DNA of 64,000 nt from an uncultured Flavobacteriales bacterium (GCA_913051935.1 CAJXCU010000004.1:3960-67959), one strand, 5' to 3'; positions 39,884 to 49,969 are shown, counted from the stretch's first letter. Notes: a model not told the origin generated them from the sequence alone. A program made the numbers and translations.

Positions 39884-40999
39884 TTATCTATTCAGCATCA
39901 CAGGCATGACAAGCATTAATATATCTTCATTGTCATTGTCCTTGGAAACGGGGGTTAAAATACCTGCTCTGCTTGCCTCGCTCATAGAGAGTTTCACCTC
40001 GTCCGAATCTAGATTATTCAGCATTTCAACTATAAATCTTGAATTGAACCCAATTTCTAAATCAGAACCGTCGTAATTACAAGTCAACCTTTCGTTGGCC
40101 TCGTTCGAAAAGTCCAAATCCTCTGCAGATAATGAAAGCTCTGCTCCCGCAAGCTTCAATTTCACTTGATGTGTTGTTTTATTTGAAGAAAGAGAAACTC
40201 TTTTTATTGAACTTAATAACTGCAGTCGGTCTATCGTCAGGACATTGGGGTTTTCTTTAGGTATAACTGCCTCATAATTTGGGTATTTTCCATCGATTAA
40301 TCTGCAAACAAGAACAATGTCGTTGAACTTAAATACCGCATTTGATTCGTTGTACTCAAGTGTAATCTTTTCATCACCTTTTAAATTTGCTTTTAACATA
40401 TTCAAAGCTTTCTTCGGCAGAATAAACTGTGAACTATCTGATGCAGTCGCATCTGTTCTTTTGTATCGAACAAGTTTATGTGCATCGGTTGCGACAAATA
40501 TGATTTCGTTATTTTCAAATTGGCAAAATACACCGCTCATTGCCGGTCTAAGTTCATCATTACCCGCTGCAAAAAGGGTTCTATTTATTGCTTTCGCTAT
40601 GATATCTCCCGAAATATTAATCGTGCTTTTATTTTCTACCTTGGGTAATTTCGGAAACTCATCCCCACTAAAACCTACCATCTTTGATTTACCATTGTCA
40701 TAAGCTACCTCAATGGTTAAGGTTGAATTCACTTTAAAGGTACAAGGTTGGTCCGGAAGACTTTTTAATATCTCAAGAACTTGCTTTGCTGGAATTGCAA
40801 CCTCACCATCTTCCTCTGTTTGAACGGGAAGCTTGGTAGTCATTGTGGTTTCAAGATCCGTTGCTGACACAATAAGCTCATTTCCCTTAATTGTAAATTT
40901 AAAGTTATCCAGAATTGGAAGGGTGTTGCTTGTACTTAATACTCCAGAAATGCTTTGTAGGTGGCGTAAAAGGGTGGCGCTAGACGCAATAAAGTTCAT
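39884..40999 (-). CDS. dnaN: DNA polymerase III beta sliding clamp
   Basis: About 371 aa with the three-domain pattern (LPILDNFKF..., RPAMSGVF..., ATDAHKLV..., GKYPNYEAVIP, MPVMLN C-terminus). I prefer the ATG at 40997-40999 (MNFIASSATLL) over the upstream ATG at 41032. Confidence 0.9.
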   Translation of the reverse strand: MNFIASSATLLRHLQSISGVLSTSNTLPILDNFKFTIKGNELIVSATDLETTMTTKLPVQTEEDGEVAIPAKQVLEILKSLPDQPCTFKVNSTLTIEVAYDNGKSKMVGFSGDEFPKLPKVENKSTINISGDIIAKAINRTLFAAGNDELRPAMSGVFCQFENNEIIFVATDAHKLVRYKRTDATASDSSQFILPKKALNMLKANLKGDEKITLEYNESNAVFKFNDIVLVCRLIDGKYPNYEAVIPKENPNVLTIDRLQLLSSIKRVSLSSNKTTHQVKLKLAGAELSLSAEDLDFSNEANERLTCNYDGSDLEIGFNSRFIVEMLNNLDSDEVKLSMSEASRAGILTPVSKDNDNEDILMLVMPVMLNR

Positions 41000-41064
41000 A
41001 CCAATTTTTTTTGTACAAATGTAACAATTCACACGATATAGTAGAAATAGCCCCGACTCTATTT

Positions 41065-41481
41065 TTATCTGAACGTTTGACTGGTAAAATATTTCCGTAA
41101 AAAGACCTTAAATGCAATCCGTTGAATAATGGCTAACCCAAGGTTCTCATACTTTTGTTCTTTTAAATCGACGATATATAGAAGTTGTGGTCTTGGATTG
41201 CACTCTATTTCATGGTTTAATGCTTCAGCCAAGGCATGAAGCGTTTTAAATTGCCGTAAGTCTTCAATATTGATGTTGATGCCTGCTAACCAAAAGTCCT
41301 TGCTAATTTGAGCTAAAGTTTGACTGCGAAAATTATCTTCAGCCCAAAAAGAGGTCCATTTTGACTCGAATTTTTCTAAATCGGCTCCACTTTTTGAGTA
41401 ATTCAACGTATTTTGTTTTCCAATTACGTACAAAAATAAGCAGCAAATGTTAAATAAATCATTAAATAACTTATGTGCCAC
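41065..41481 (-). CDS. Hypothetical protein
   Basis: ORF only, with no recognised motifs. The first 25 or so codons overlap the divergent ArsC-like gene. An in-frame TTG at 41401-41403 would remove the overlap. Confidence 0.4.
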   Translation of the reverse strand: MAHKLFNDLFNICCLFLYVIGKQNTLNYSKSGADLEKFESKWTSFWAEDNFRSQTLAQISKDFWLAGININIEDLRQFKTLHALAEALNHEIECNPRPQLLYIVDLKEQKYENLGLAIIQRIAFKVFLRKYFTSQTFR

Positions 41482-42085
41482 TATTCTAGATGATATTGGA
41501 ACTAAAATCAGTTACGAAAGAAAGCTAATTTTGGAGGCTATTGCAGCTCAAATAAAATTTGATTTAGCCGATGGGACTCAGGTTAAATTGGTTTATTTGT
41601 GCACACACAATTCCAGACGCAGTCATTTCTCTCAAGTTTGGGGTTGTGTTGCTGCAGTCCTCTTTGGATTCAAGGAAATTGAAACCTATTCCGGCGGAAC
41701 TGTCGCCACTGCATGTCATCCAAATACCATTGAGGCTTTACGAGATCTAGGTTTTAAAATTACATGTAATGATTTAGCTGCCGATAATCCCCATTACAAA
41801 GTATATTACTCAGAGGATGATTTTATTGATTGCTACTCCAAAGCAAATACGGAAGATGTTCTGCCGCAAAATGATTTCATTGCTATAATGACCTGTGCCG
41901 ATTCGGATGATAATTGTCCATTGGTTCCTGGTGCTAAAAAACGATTCTCCACAACTTATGATGATCCCAAAGAGTTTGATAAATCTGAAAACCCTGTTGA
42001 GCATTACAAAAAGAGATGTTTACAGATTGCACATGAGGCACTTTATACCTTTCAATATTTACATGGGCTGAATGCTAAGAAATAG
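41447..42085 (+). CDS. Low-molecular-weight phosphatase fold protein, thioredoxin-coupled ArsC-like arsenate reductase / protein-tyrosine phosphatase
   Basis: P-loop CTHNSRRS (CX5R-S) and a downstream Cys pair MTCADSDDNCP spaced as in the Trx-coupled ArsC family. N-terminal extension of about 45 aa. Confidence 0.7.
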   Translation: MLNKSLNNLCATILDDIGTKISYERKLILEAIAAQIKFDLADGTQVKLVYLCTHNSRRSHFSQVWGCVAAVLFGFKEIETYSGGTVATACHPNTIEALRDLGFKITCNDLAADNPHYKVYYSEDDFIDCYSKANTEDVLPQNDFIAIMTCADSDDNCPLVPGAKKRFSTTYDDPKEFDKSENPVEHYKKRCLQIAHEALYTFQYLHGLNAKK

Positions 42086-42758
42086 ATTTAAATAGATTCC
42101 AAAAAGTGTTTTCAGGCAGGGGTGCAATAATTGAAATAGGCGCTTTTGTTGTGGGATGATGAAAGGCTATTTTTCTCGAATGTAAACATATAGAACCATC
42201 ATTGTTTGATCGTTTTGCCCCATATTTAAGGTCACCTTTAATGCAGCAACCTATTTTAGAAAATTGAGTTCTTATTTGGTGGTGTCGGCCTGTTTCAAGT
42301 CTAACCTCTACAAGATGATATCGTTCAGATGACGACAATAGGCGATAGTGCAGTATGGCCATCTTGGCACCTTTTGTATCGATGGATGTCACATAGCTTT
42401 TATTCTGCTTTTCATTTTTCTTTAAATAATTGCTAAGCGTACCCTCATCTTGTGGGGGTTTATTTTCTAAGATTGCCCAATAGGTTTTGGTTGTTTCTTT
42501 ATCTCGGAATTGCTTATTCATGCGTTCAAGGCCTTTACTTGTTCTTGCAAATAAAATCACACCACTTGTTGGTCGGTCTAATCGGTGAATGACTCCGCAG
42601 AATACATTGCCTGGTTTGTTATACTTTTCCTTGAGATATGACTTTATGGTATCAGGCATTGTCCTGTCACCAGTCCGATCACCTTGAACGATTTCTGAAG
42701 ATTTTTTATTGATGGCAATTAGATGATTGTCCTCATAAAGAATGCTATTCAGATTCAT
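42075..42758 (-). CDS. RluA family pseudouridine synthase
   Basis: Catalytic motif HRLDRPTSGVILFA, followed by GRHHQIR. Confidence 0.85.
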   Translation of the reverse strand: MNLNSILYEDNHLIAINKKSSEIVQGDRTGDRTMPDTIKSYLKEKYNKPGNVFCGVIHRLDRPTSGVILFARTSKGLERMNKQFRDKETTKTYWAILENKPPQDEGTLSNYLKKNEKQNKSYVTSIDTKGAKMAILHYRLLSSSERYHLVEVRLETGRHHQIRTQFSKIGCCIKGDLKYGAKRSNNDGSICLHSRKIAFHHPTTKAPISIIAPLPENTFWNLFKSIS

Positions 42759-42759
42759 T

Positions 42760-45700
42760 TTAGGAAGATTTTATCTGATTTACCTTTTTGTTTCTCAGGT
42801 ATGCGATTATACTAAAAATTAAAAAGGATAAAGCGGTGTACCATATCCAATTTGGGATGTCGCTGAGTCCATCACCTTGTGCATAAGAATGTAATCCTAC
42901 AAGCACAAAGTTTACTCCGAAAAACGTAAACAGGATGGCTGAATATCCCCAAAAGGCCACAAGGTTAAAGGTAAATTTACTTTTTAATCCTGGGATAAAG
43001 CGGAGGTGAAGAATTACGGCATAGACCAATACGGAAACTAAGGCCCATGTCTCTTTTGGATCCCACCCCCAATAACGGCCCCAAGATTCATTCGCCCATA
43101 TTCCTCCGAGGAAGGTGCCAATGGTAAGCATAAACAGCCCAATAGTCATGGTCATTTCCGAAACATAGGTGAGTTCATTGATATTTCTTTTAATGATTCC
43201 GGAGTTGTTTTTCGTTTGTATGGTATATAAAATCAAGTTTAGTAAGCCCAATATACATGCGAGCCCAAGAAAGCCATAGCTCCCTGTGATCACCGCAACA
43301 TGAATCATCAACCAATAAGATTTCAGAACGGGTTGTAGGGGTGTGATTTCTGGGTCTAGTAAATTCATTTCTGTAACAAAAATCATCAATGCAGCGAGAA
43401 TTGCGGTACCCGCAATAACGACTGCATTTTTTTTGGAAAAGAAAAAACCTGCAAGCATACTCACCCATGAAATAAAGATAACGGCCTCATATCCATTGCT
43501 CCATGGAGCGTGGCCAGAAATGACCCATCTCATAGCCAAACCAGAGCCATGAAAAACAAACAAACCAATTAATAAAGCGAACAGAATTATTCGGGGCACC
43601 TTCATTGTTTTTGTTGAATTTGAGACCATTTTAATGAAAAAAAGGATCAACATAATCAATCCAACAATTCCATAGCCTCGGTAGGTTCGCTTAAAGACGT
43701 CCAGGTCATTATATGAGATTTCGAGGTTTACAATTTGTTTTGATGGAACAATGTTCTTTGCAACTTTTCTTTGAATGGCTTTGAGAGTTTCAAGATTATT
43801 GTGCGCACTTTTTTTATCCTCCTCATAAATGGATTGAAAATAATTGAGTGAAGCAATTGCACCCGCAGAATCGGCAGAACGTCTGATGCTCATATTCAAG
43901 GGCGAAGCCCAAGTATTATTGTCATCATTTGAAATAGGAATTAACTTCATGTAGTCCCATGAAATAATGCCGTAGGTTACCTGAAATCTTTCATGGAATT
44001 TGATTATTTTTTTGTCAAATTCATCTCGCTTAGACTCGAGCTTTTGGAAACTTTTTGCATAGTCCTTTTCCCATTTAAATTGTCCTTGATCGTCAACAAT
44101 ATCTTCATAAGCAACATGTTTCTCTAGCTTTAGTCTTTTCTGAAGAGCTCTTGCGACATATATAATTTTTTGTTTCATCCAAAATGCCGGGTACATATGC
44201 ATACTCACAATAGTTTGTACTGCGCTGTATGATTCAGACCCTTGCTTAAAATATTTATCCCTATGTACTTTTCTCAATAATTGGTCACAAAGGGTGTGTG
44301 TAGGAATAATTCTCCCCTCATAACTCTGTACCAACAGCGAGGCAAATTCCTCTGCGCTTTCCCTCGAGAGAATCTTGAAGGTATCACCTTCGACAATGGG
44401 TTCTTTTTGATGGTCATGACTAGCATGATCATGATCAGCATGGTCATGACCTAATTGTTCATTGATGATAGTGTCTTGTGCAAAACCGAAAGGACAAATA
44501 TGACTTAACAGCAGTACTAAAACGAGTGTTTTTGCATTTCTGGACTTGATCTTTTTCAATTTTGTATTTAAGGACTTGAACCTACCTGTCGGTGCAATTA
44601 CAGAGAGGATCATACCAATGGCCATAAGTAAATATCCGATATAAGTAATGTTTGTACCCCAAGCATCGTAGTTCACACTTAGTACTGTACCTTCCTCATT
44701 TTCAGAAGTTTTGGGATCATCAAGTGTGTAGCTAGATTGAAAAAAGCGATATCCCTCATAATCCATGACGTGATTCATGAATATTCTTTTATTAAACTTT
44801 TTTTGTAGCGCTGGATCCATCAGAGTTAACTCACTCGCAAATGATGAGGGTGATTCAGAACCAGGATATTTATCGAGTTGGAAATCACGGCAAAGAATTT
44901 CATAAGGAATGGGCCTGCGTATGGAACCGTATTCCATTTGAAATCTTAGACCTTCATAAGAAAAAGTATTCGGAACAGGAACAGTACCCATACCACCTTC
45001 AAGAATAATCTCTTTAGGTACTACACTTTCTGATCCTGACTCAATACGCACTGTTAAATAATCTTTGCCTCTGTTCTTGTTCCCTGAATGAATCAGTTCT
45101 TTTTTCGCATTGTTAAATACGTTTTTAATAACGAATTGACTATTTCCCACTTGGTATAATGTTGTCCTCTTGAGAGCTGTCCAAGTACCGATGTCGTATT
45201 CGGTATACAGAGAATCGGGAGGAGCTTGACCCGTTTGTCTTGCTCGCTGCATTTCAGTCATGGCCAAGGATCTCATTGGAACTGCCGATTGAATCATAAG
45301 CTGATTGAGGGTGTCCTTGATATGGATAGATAATTCAATAGGTGTACCTCCGTAGATAAGTGGCACCCCTCCAACCATCAATGATTCTCGGTTACCTAGA
45401 TAATGTGATTGCATTCCTTCGGTAACAACATCGATGACTTTGCTATTTAATTTCGGGTCAATGAAAAAAGAATCGATACACTTTGATTTAAAATCCACAT
45501 ATGAAAATGTGAATTTTTTGTCCTTCAAAGTGCTTGTATGGCTGAAGTTATTTCCATAATTGTGCGTGTATTCAGATAGGAATTTTTTATACCCTTGGAT
45601 ATGCTCTGTGTCGTTATCTGAAATCTTCAAAAGAATGTGTGGATCAGAGGTATAAATAAAATTTGCAGTTTTCCCTTCGCCAATGACCATAATACCTTCA

Positions 45701-46020
45701 AACCCCATAAATCGTGTGAATCCTGATCCTAATAGAATGATGAGAAAAGCCAAATGAAAAGACAGTACAGCAATCTTTTCCCTATGAAACATTTTATACC
45801 TGTATATATTGGCTATTAAATTAAGACCTAGAAATAACAATAGAATTTCAAACCATGTTCCGTTATAGATAAGAATTTTCGCTGCCTGTATACCATGTGT
45901 AGATTCAATGAAAGTAGCAAGCCCTATGGCAATCAAAAATACCAGCATGCCTAGGGTCATGGCACGCATCGAAAAAAGTTTGGTAATTAGCTTGGTAATG
46001 AAACTCTTCATTGAATGCAA
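42760..46020 (-). CDS. ccsBA: Fused cytochrome c biogenesis protein CcsBA (ResB/Ccs1-like + extra periplasmic region + CcsA heme-handling domain)
   Basis: 1086 aa. ResB-like N-terminal half. C-terminal WWD motif WGRYWGWDPKETWA with flanking conserved His residues. His-rich tract GHDHADHDHASHDH in the middle. Confidence 0.85.
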   Translation of the reverse strand: MHSMKSFITKLITKLFSMRAMTLGMLVFLIAIGLATFIESTHGIQAAKILIYNGTWFEILLLFLGLNLIANIYRYKMFHREKIAVLSFHLAFLIILLGSGFTRFMGFEGIMVIGEGKTANFIYTSDPHILLKISDNDTEHIQGYKKFLSEYTHNYGNNFSHTSTLKDKKFTFSYVDFKSKCIDSFFIDPKLNSKVIDVVTEGMQSHYLGNRESLMVGGVPLIYGGTPIELSIHIKDTLNQLMIQSAVPMRSLAMTEMQRARQTGQAPPDSLYTEYDIGTWTALKRTTLYQVGNSQFVIKNVFNNAKKELIHSGNKNRGKDYLTVRIESGSESVVPKEIILEGGMGTVPVPNTFSYEGLRFQMEYGSIRRPIPYEILCRDFQLDKYPGSESPSSFASELTLMDPALQKKFNKRIFMNHVMDYEGYRFFQSSYTLDDPKTSENEEGTVLSVNYDAWGTNITYIGYLLMAIGMILSVIAPTGRFKSLNTKLKKIKSRNAKTLVLVLLLSHICPFGFAQDTIINEQLGHDHADHDHASHDHQKEPIVEGDTFKILSRESAEEFASLLVQSYEGRIIPTHTLCDQLLRKVHRDKYFKQGSESYSAVQTIVSMHMYPAFWMKQKIIYVARALQKRLKLEKHVAYEDIVDDQGQFKWEKDYAKSFQKLESKRDEFDKKIIKFHERFQVTYGIISWDYMKLIPISNDDNNTWASPLNMSIRRSADSAGAIASLNYFQSIYEEDKKSAHNNLETLKAIQRKVAKNIVPSKQIVNLEISYNDLDVFKRTYRGYGIVGLIMLILFFIKMVSNSTKTMKVPRIILFALLIGLFVFHGSGLAMRWVISGHAPWSNGYEAVIFISWVSMLAGFFFSKKNAVVIAGTAILAALMIFVTEMNLLDPEITPLQPVLKSYWLMIHVAVITGSYGFLGLACILGLLNLILYTIQTKNNSGIIKRNINELTYVSEMTMTIGLFMLTIGTFLGGIWANESWGRYWGWDPKETWALVSVLVYAVILHLRFIPGLKSKFTFNLVAFWGYSAILFTFFGVNFVLVGLHSYAQGDGLSDIPNWIWYTALSFLIFSIIAYLRNKKVNQIKSS

Positions 46021-46115
46021 AAATAAACATAACTTACAACAGATTGTTCTATTCGCTTAATCGAAACGAACATTTTGGACGAATCTATTTGCGGTAAACA
46101 TATGTTCGGATTTTT

Positions 46116-46604
46116 TTACGCACTCACAGTGTCCGCGCTCCATCCGTAAACTGCAGGGTTTTTTCCACCCATAGGACGGATATAGGATGACAATTGTCCT
46201 CGATGATGAATGATATCATTCAGGAAAAACCACACCATTTGGAACCGAGGCATTTCACCGAAGTTTTTCCCTCCAATAAGCAAAGTAACCATTTCTTTTT
46301 CCCATTTGTCATCTTCATAGGTTTCTAAAATATCTGTGGCTTCGGTCCATAGAACTTTCATTTTTTCTGCGAGATCCGATGGCGAAGAAAAAGGAAAGGC
46401 AAGTCTTTCATCACAGGTGTTATTCTGTAAAATGACACTAAAATCGAAAAAGTGCGCAACAATGTGTTCTGCAATTTCAGAAGCAGTTCTGTTGATGGGG
46501 TGTGGTGTATACTCTAGTTTATTTCCAGGCATTGCCCTTATCATGTCGTATGTGGCTTTGAATTCATTCTGAAAACAAGCTTTAAAAAATTCTAAATTCT
46601 TCAT
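46116..46604 (-). CDS. DinB family (four-helix bundle, metal-binding) protein
   Basis: 162 aa. His triad context (IAEHIVAHFFDF..., DIIHHRGQLSSYIR) is typical of DinB_2. Confidence 0.7.
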   Translation of the reverse strand: MKNLEFFKACFQNEFKATYDMIRAMPGNKLEYTPHPINRTASEIAEHIVAHFFDFSVILQNNTCDERLAFPFSSPSDLAEKMKVLWTEATDILETYEDDKWEKEMVTLLIGGKNFGEMPRFQMVWFFLNDIIHHRGQLSSYIRPMGGKNPAVYGWSADTVSA

Positions 46605-46931
46605 TTGAGGTTTAGTTAATCTCTAAAACTATTTGTTTTCGTGCTTTTGTATACTTTTTAACGAGTACTTTTAGAGATTATAAGCGTAAGTAACTATTTG
46701 TGGCTAAGTGTAAATACGTAGGTGCTGTAATATTGGTTTGTATCATCGGGGATATTATTTTTTATCCGCAAAGCTTTGTTTAACTTTGGAAGATTAACTT
46801 ACTCATAAAAGTATGTACGAATTTTTGTTAAGTCGATGAAACATTTGGTTGTTTAAAATCATGGTCGTTCAAATCGGAGAATTGCATTGGACGTAATCTG
46901 CGGAGAATGGGCTTATTTTTAAAATTACCTA

Positions 46932-49550
46932 GTGGTACTCACTGATGAGAATATAATTTTGCAGAATATTAATAAGTCAAATAAAAATGATAATGCTGAG
47001 GTCCAAATGATTAAAATCATAGGTCTTGCAAAAGAATTATGTTCAGTACGCAATGCGTTCATATACTATAAAAAAGAGAATACTGACTATTTGATCACTA
47101 CGAATGATCCCGCGTCAGAGGCATGTGATAATTTTCATTTTTTATACAAGCAGGTTTTTTCGAAAGGTATTGAAATAAAAAAAGATCATTTGGACCAAAA
47201 ATCAGCTTTTTTTATGGGTCTACCTGTTAAAAGTTCGAATAACGAAGTCTTGGCATCCTTTTGTTTAGTTAGTGATGCTAAAATTGAGTTAAATCGCTTT
47301 CAGACTGAAACTTTACGTGCATACGCAAGTAATTTGTCTATTTACTTTGCTCCGGATGCAAATAACATACTAGCCAAGAATAATGAGGTTTCTCGAATTC
47401 AAAAGGAACTAAAAGCAATTTCTAAGTTTCCAGGGGAGAACCCCAATCCAATACTTCGCTTTGATTTAGATTTGAATTTGGTATACCACAATCAATCTGC
47501 AGAGGCATCATTTTTAAATGATTTTGGAGTCTCTGGTGGGAAAATTGAAAAAGAAGAGGTGCGACGGGTAATGATGAAAATCATAAAGGATAAAGAACCT
47601 AACAAACAGTTTTATTTAGAAGGTGATAAACATTATTATTCTATCAATGCAGCCTTGATAAAAGATATGGGCTACCTTAATATTTATGCCCACGACATTA
47701 CAGAGTATCAGCATCGAAATAATGAGAATGAATCCGTCTTTAGACAATTAAACGAAAAACTTGAATCCCAGAGAGAATTCTATGAATTTATTTTAAATAA
47801 TCTTCCTGCAGATGTCGCTGTTTTTAATAAAAAACACCAATATGTTTTCATTAACCCAAAAGGAATTAAGGATGATGAGGTTCGTGAATACATGATCGGA
47901 AAGGATGATTATGACTATTGTGAATTTAAAGGCATATCAACCGAAATGGCCGACGGTAGACGCGCAAGGTTTAAAGAAGTTTTAGCCAAAAAGGAAAATA
48001 TAGTTTGGGTGGATGATCTCATAGATTCTGATGGAAATCGTAATGTGATAAACCGAACAATGGGGCCTCTTTTCGATGAAAATGGGGATATTCGATTGGT
48101 CATTGGCTATGGGACAGATATAACACAACGTGTTCTTGCTGAGGAAGAAAACGTAAAGTTATCATTGGTGGCAAAAAACACAAATAATGGTGTCCTCATG
48201 TTGAACAAGGATATGCGAATTACCTGGGCAAATCAAGCCATGATAGATCGGTCAGGTTATTCCTTGTCAGAAATGTTGGGTAAAAATCCACGGCAGTTTA
48301 TTTCTTCAGATGACAACTCAAGTGAGATGAGTCAAATAAAAGAAGCGGCTGAACTCAAGAAAAATATTGAGGTCGAGGTGATGCAAAGAAGCAAGGAAGG
48401 TAAGAATTACTTTGTTTCATTAAACCTGCAGCCCCTGTTTGATTTGCAAAACAACCATTCTGGTTATATGATAGTTGAGTTCGATATTACAGATCGAATT
48501 AAAAGTGAGAAAACCATCCAAAATTTAAATGTTAATCTTGAACGCTTGGTTCAGGAGAAGACAGCTAAAAATATGGAACTAGCCTCATCATTGCGTGACC
48601 AAGAGAAAATGGTTTCAATAGGTGAGTTAGCCTCTGGTGTTGCACATGATTTAAATACCCCTTTGGGTGCAATAAAAAGTGGAACCCACAATTTAAACTA
48701 TACATTAGATGTTTTATTTCAAAAGGTACTCCCCCAATGTACATCAGATGAAATCCAGTACGCTTTTTCACGTACCACAAAGGTTGTATTTGAATTGTTC
48801 GTTGGCGGAGTTCAGATGAAAAGAGAAAAAGAACAGTTTTTAAAATTGATCGATGAATTGAATGTACATGTTAGCACAAGTGAATTGGATGAAATTGCAA
48901 TGCTTTTGGTGCAAAATCGTGTTGATATTTCAGAGACGAAAGAGTTGTTGTTCATCCTAAACTCGAGAAACCCTAAACTTCTTCTAACCTTAATGTACCA
49001 TGTTCATTTGGTTTTTTCCTTCATCAAAACGATTGCCAATTCTGGGCAAAGAGCCACTCAAGTGATACAAAATTTGAGGTTATTTATTCGCGAGAAAAGG
49101 ACTGCAGAATCAGGAATGGTAAATATTAAAAACAACATCGAAACAGTATTGAATATTTTTAGCCACAAGATTCATAACCAGGTTGATTTGATAGTGGATA
49201 TTGATTCCAACATTCAAATTAAAGGATTTGACGTCAGATTATTTCAGCTTTGGTCCAATTTAATAAAGAATGCACTGGAATGTATGGAAGATCAAAATCA
49301 AAAGGTATTGAAGCTCTATTCTAGTCCTGGTGATTCAGAATTTACAATTACGGTCGAAAATAACGGTCCTGAAATTAAAGGGGAGTTGAAACGAAAAATA
49401 TTTAATAAGTTTTTTACCACAAAAGGAAAAAGAAATGGCTCAGGAATGGGTCTAAGTATTGTTAAAAATGTTTTGGAAGAACACCAGGGGAGAATAGAAT
49501 TACAATCGAATGCAGAATCCACAAAATTTATTATTCATTTTAAGCGATGA
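46932..49550 (+). CDS. Cytoplasmic multi-PAS sensor histidine kinase (HK1)
   Basis: No TM segment. GAF-like N-terminus and at least 2 PAS blocks. H-box ELASGVAHDLNTPLG. N box WSNLIKNALECM. G boxes FFTTKGKRNGSGMGLSIV. GTG start as given; an ATG at 47007 is possible. Confidence 0.8.
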   Translation: MVLTDENIILQNINKSNKNDNAEVQMIKIIGLAKELCSVRNAFIYYKKENTDYLITTNDPASEACDNFHFLYKQVFSKGIEIKKDHLDQKSAFFMGLPVKSSNNEVLASFCLVSDAKIELNRFQTETLRAYASNLSIYFAPDANNILAKNNEVSRIQKELKAISKFPGENPNPILRFDLDLNLVYHNQSAEASFLNDFGVSGGKIEKEEVRRVMMKIIKDKEPNKQFYLEGDKHYYSINAALIKDMGYLNIYAHDITEYQHRNNENESVFRQLNEKLESQREFYEFILNNLPADVAVFNKKHQYVFINPKGIKDDEVREYMIGKDDYDYCEFKGISTEMADGRRARFKEVLAKKENIVWVDDLIDSDGNRNVINRTMGPLFDENGDIRLVIGYGTDITQRVLAEEENVKLSLVAKNTNNGVLMLNKDMRITWANQAMIDRSGYSLSEMLGKNPRQFISSDDNSSEMSQIKEAAELKKNIEVEVMQRSKEGKNYFVSLNLQPLFDLQNNHSGYMIVEFDITDRIKSEKTIQNLNVNLERLVQEKTAKNMELASSLRDQEKMVSIGELASGVAHDLNTPLGAIKSGTHNLNYTLDVLFQKVLPQCTSDEIQYAFSRTTKVVFELFVGGVQMKREKEQFLKLIDELNVHVSTSELDEIAMLLVQNRVDISETKELLFILNSRNPKLLLTLMYHVHLVFSFIKTIANSGQRATQVIQNLRLFIREKRTAESGMVNIKNNIETVLNIFSHKIHNQVDLIVDIDSNIQIKGFDVRLFQLWSNLIKNALECMEDQNQKVLKLYSSPGDSEFTITVENNGPEIKGELKRKIFNKFFTTKGKRNGSGMGLSIVKNVLEEHQGRIELQSNAESTKFIIHFKR

Positions 49551-49969
49551 AAATGAGTGAAATAAAAAAGGCAGTAATATGTGTAGACGATGACCCAATG
49601 ATACTTCAGGTTCTAGGCTTTCAACTGGAGAAACTCATAGATTCTTCTGATACCATGATTGAGTTATATACAAACCCATTGAAAGCTTTAACTGACATTA
49701 AGGAGTTTACCTTTGATGAAATTGAAATTGTTTTTTTGATTGTTGATTATCAAATGCCTGAAATATCTGGTGCAAAGTTTATTCGATCCCTCAAGCAAAG
49801 TCATAAAAATATACCATGCATCATGTTGTCTGGTCAGGCAAATCCAAATCAAGTAAGGGCATTAGAACAAGAAGGTTATTTAGAAATTTTTCTTCAAAAA
49901 CCGTGGGAAGAGTCGCAAATTCAAGACCTGATAAATAAATTTATAAATGAGCCGAGTCATGAAAACTAA
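49547..49969 (+). CDS. Single-domain response regulator (REC only), RR1
   Basis: CVDDDP acidic pocket, phospho-acceptor in IVDYQMP, CIMLSGQAN, QKPWEE (conserved Lys). ATGA overlap with HK1. Confidence 0.85.
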   Translation: MKMSEIKKAVICVDDDPMILQVLGFQLEKLIDSSDTMIELYTNPLKALTDIKEFTFDEIEIVFLIVDYQMPEISGAKFIRSLKQSHKNIPCIMLSGQANPNQVRALEQEGYLEIFLQKPWEESQIQDLINKFINEPSHEN

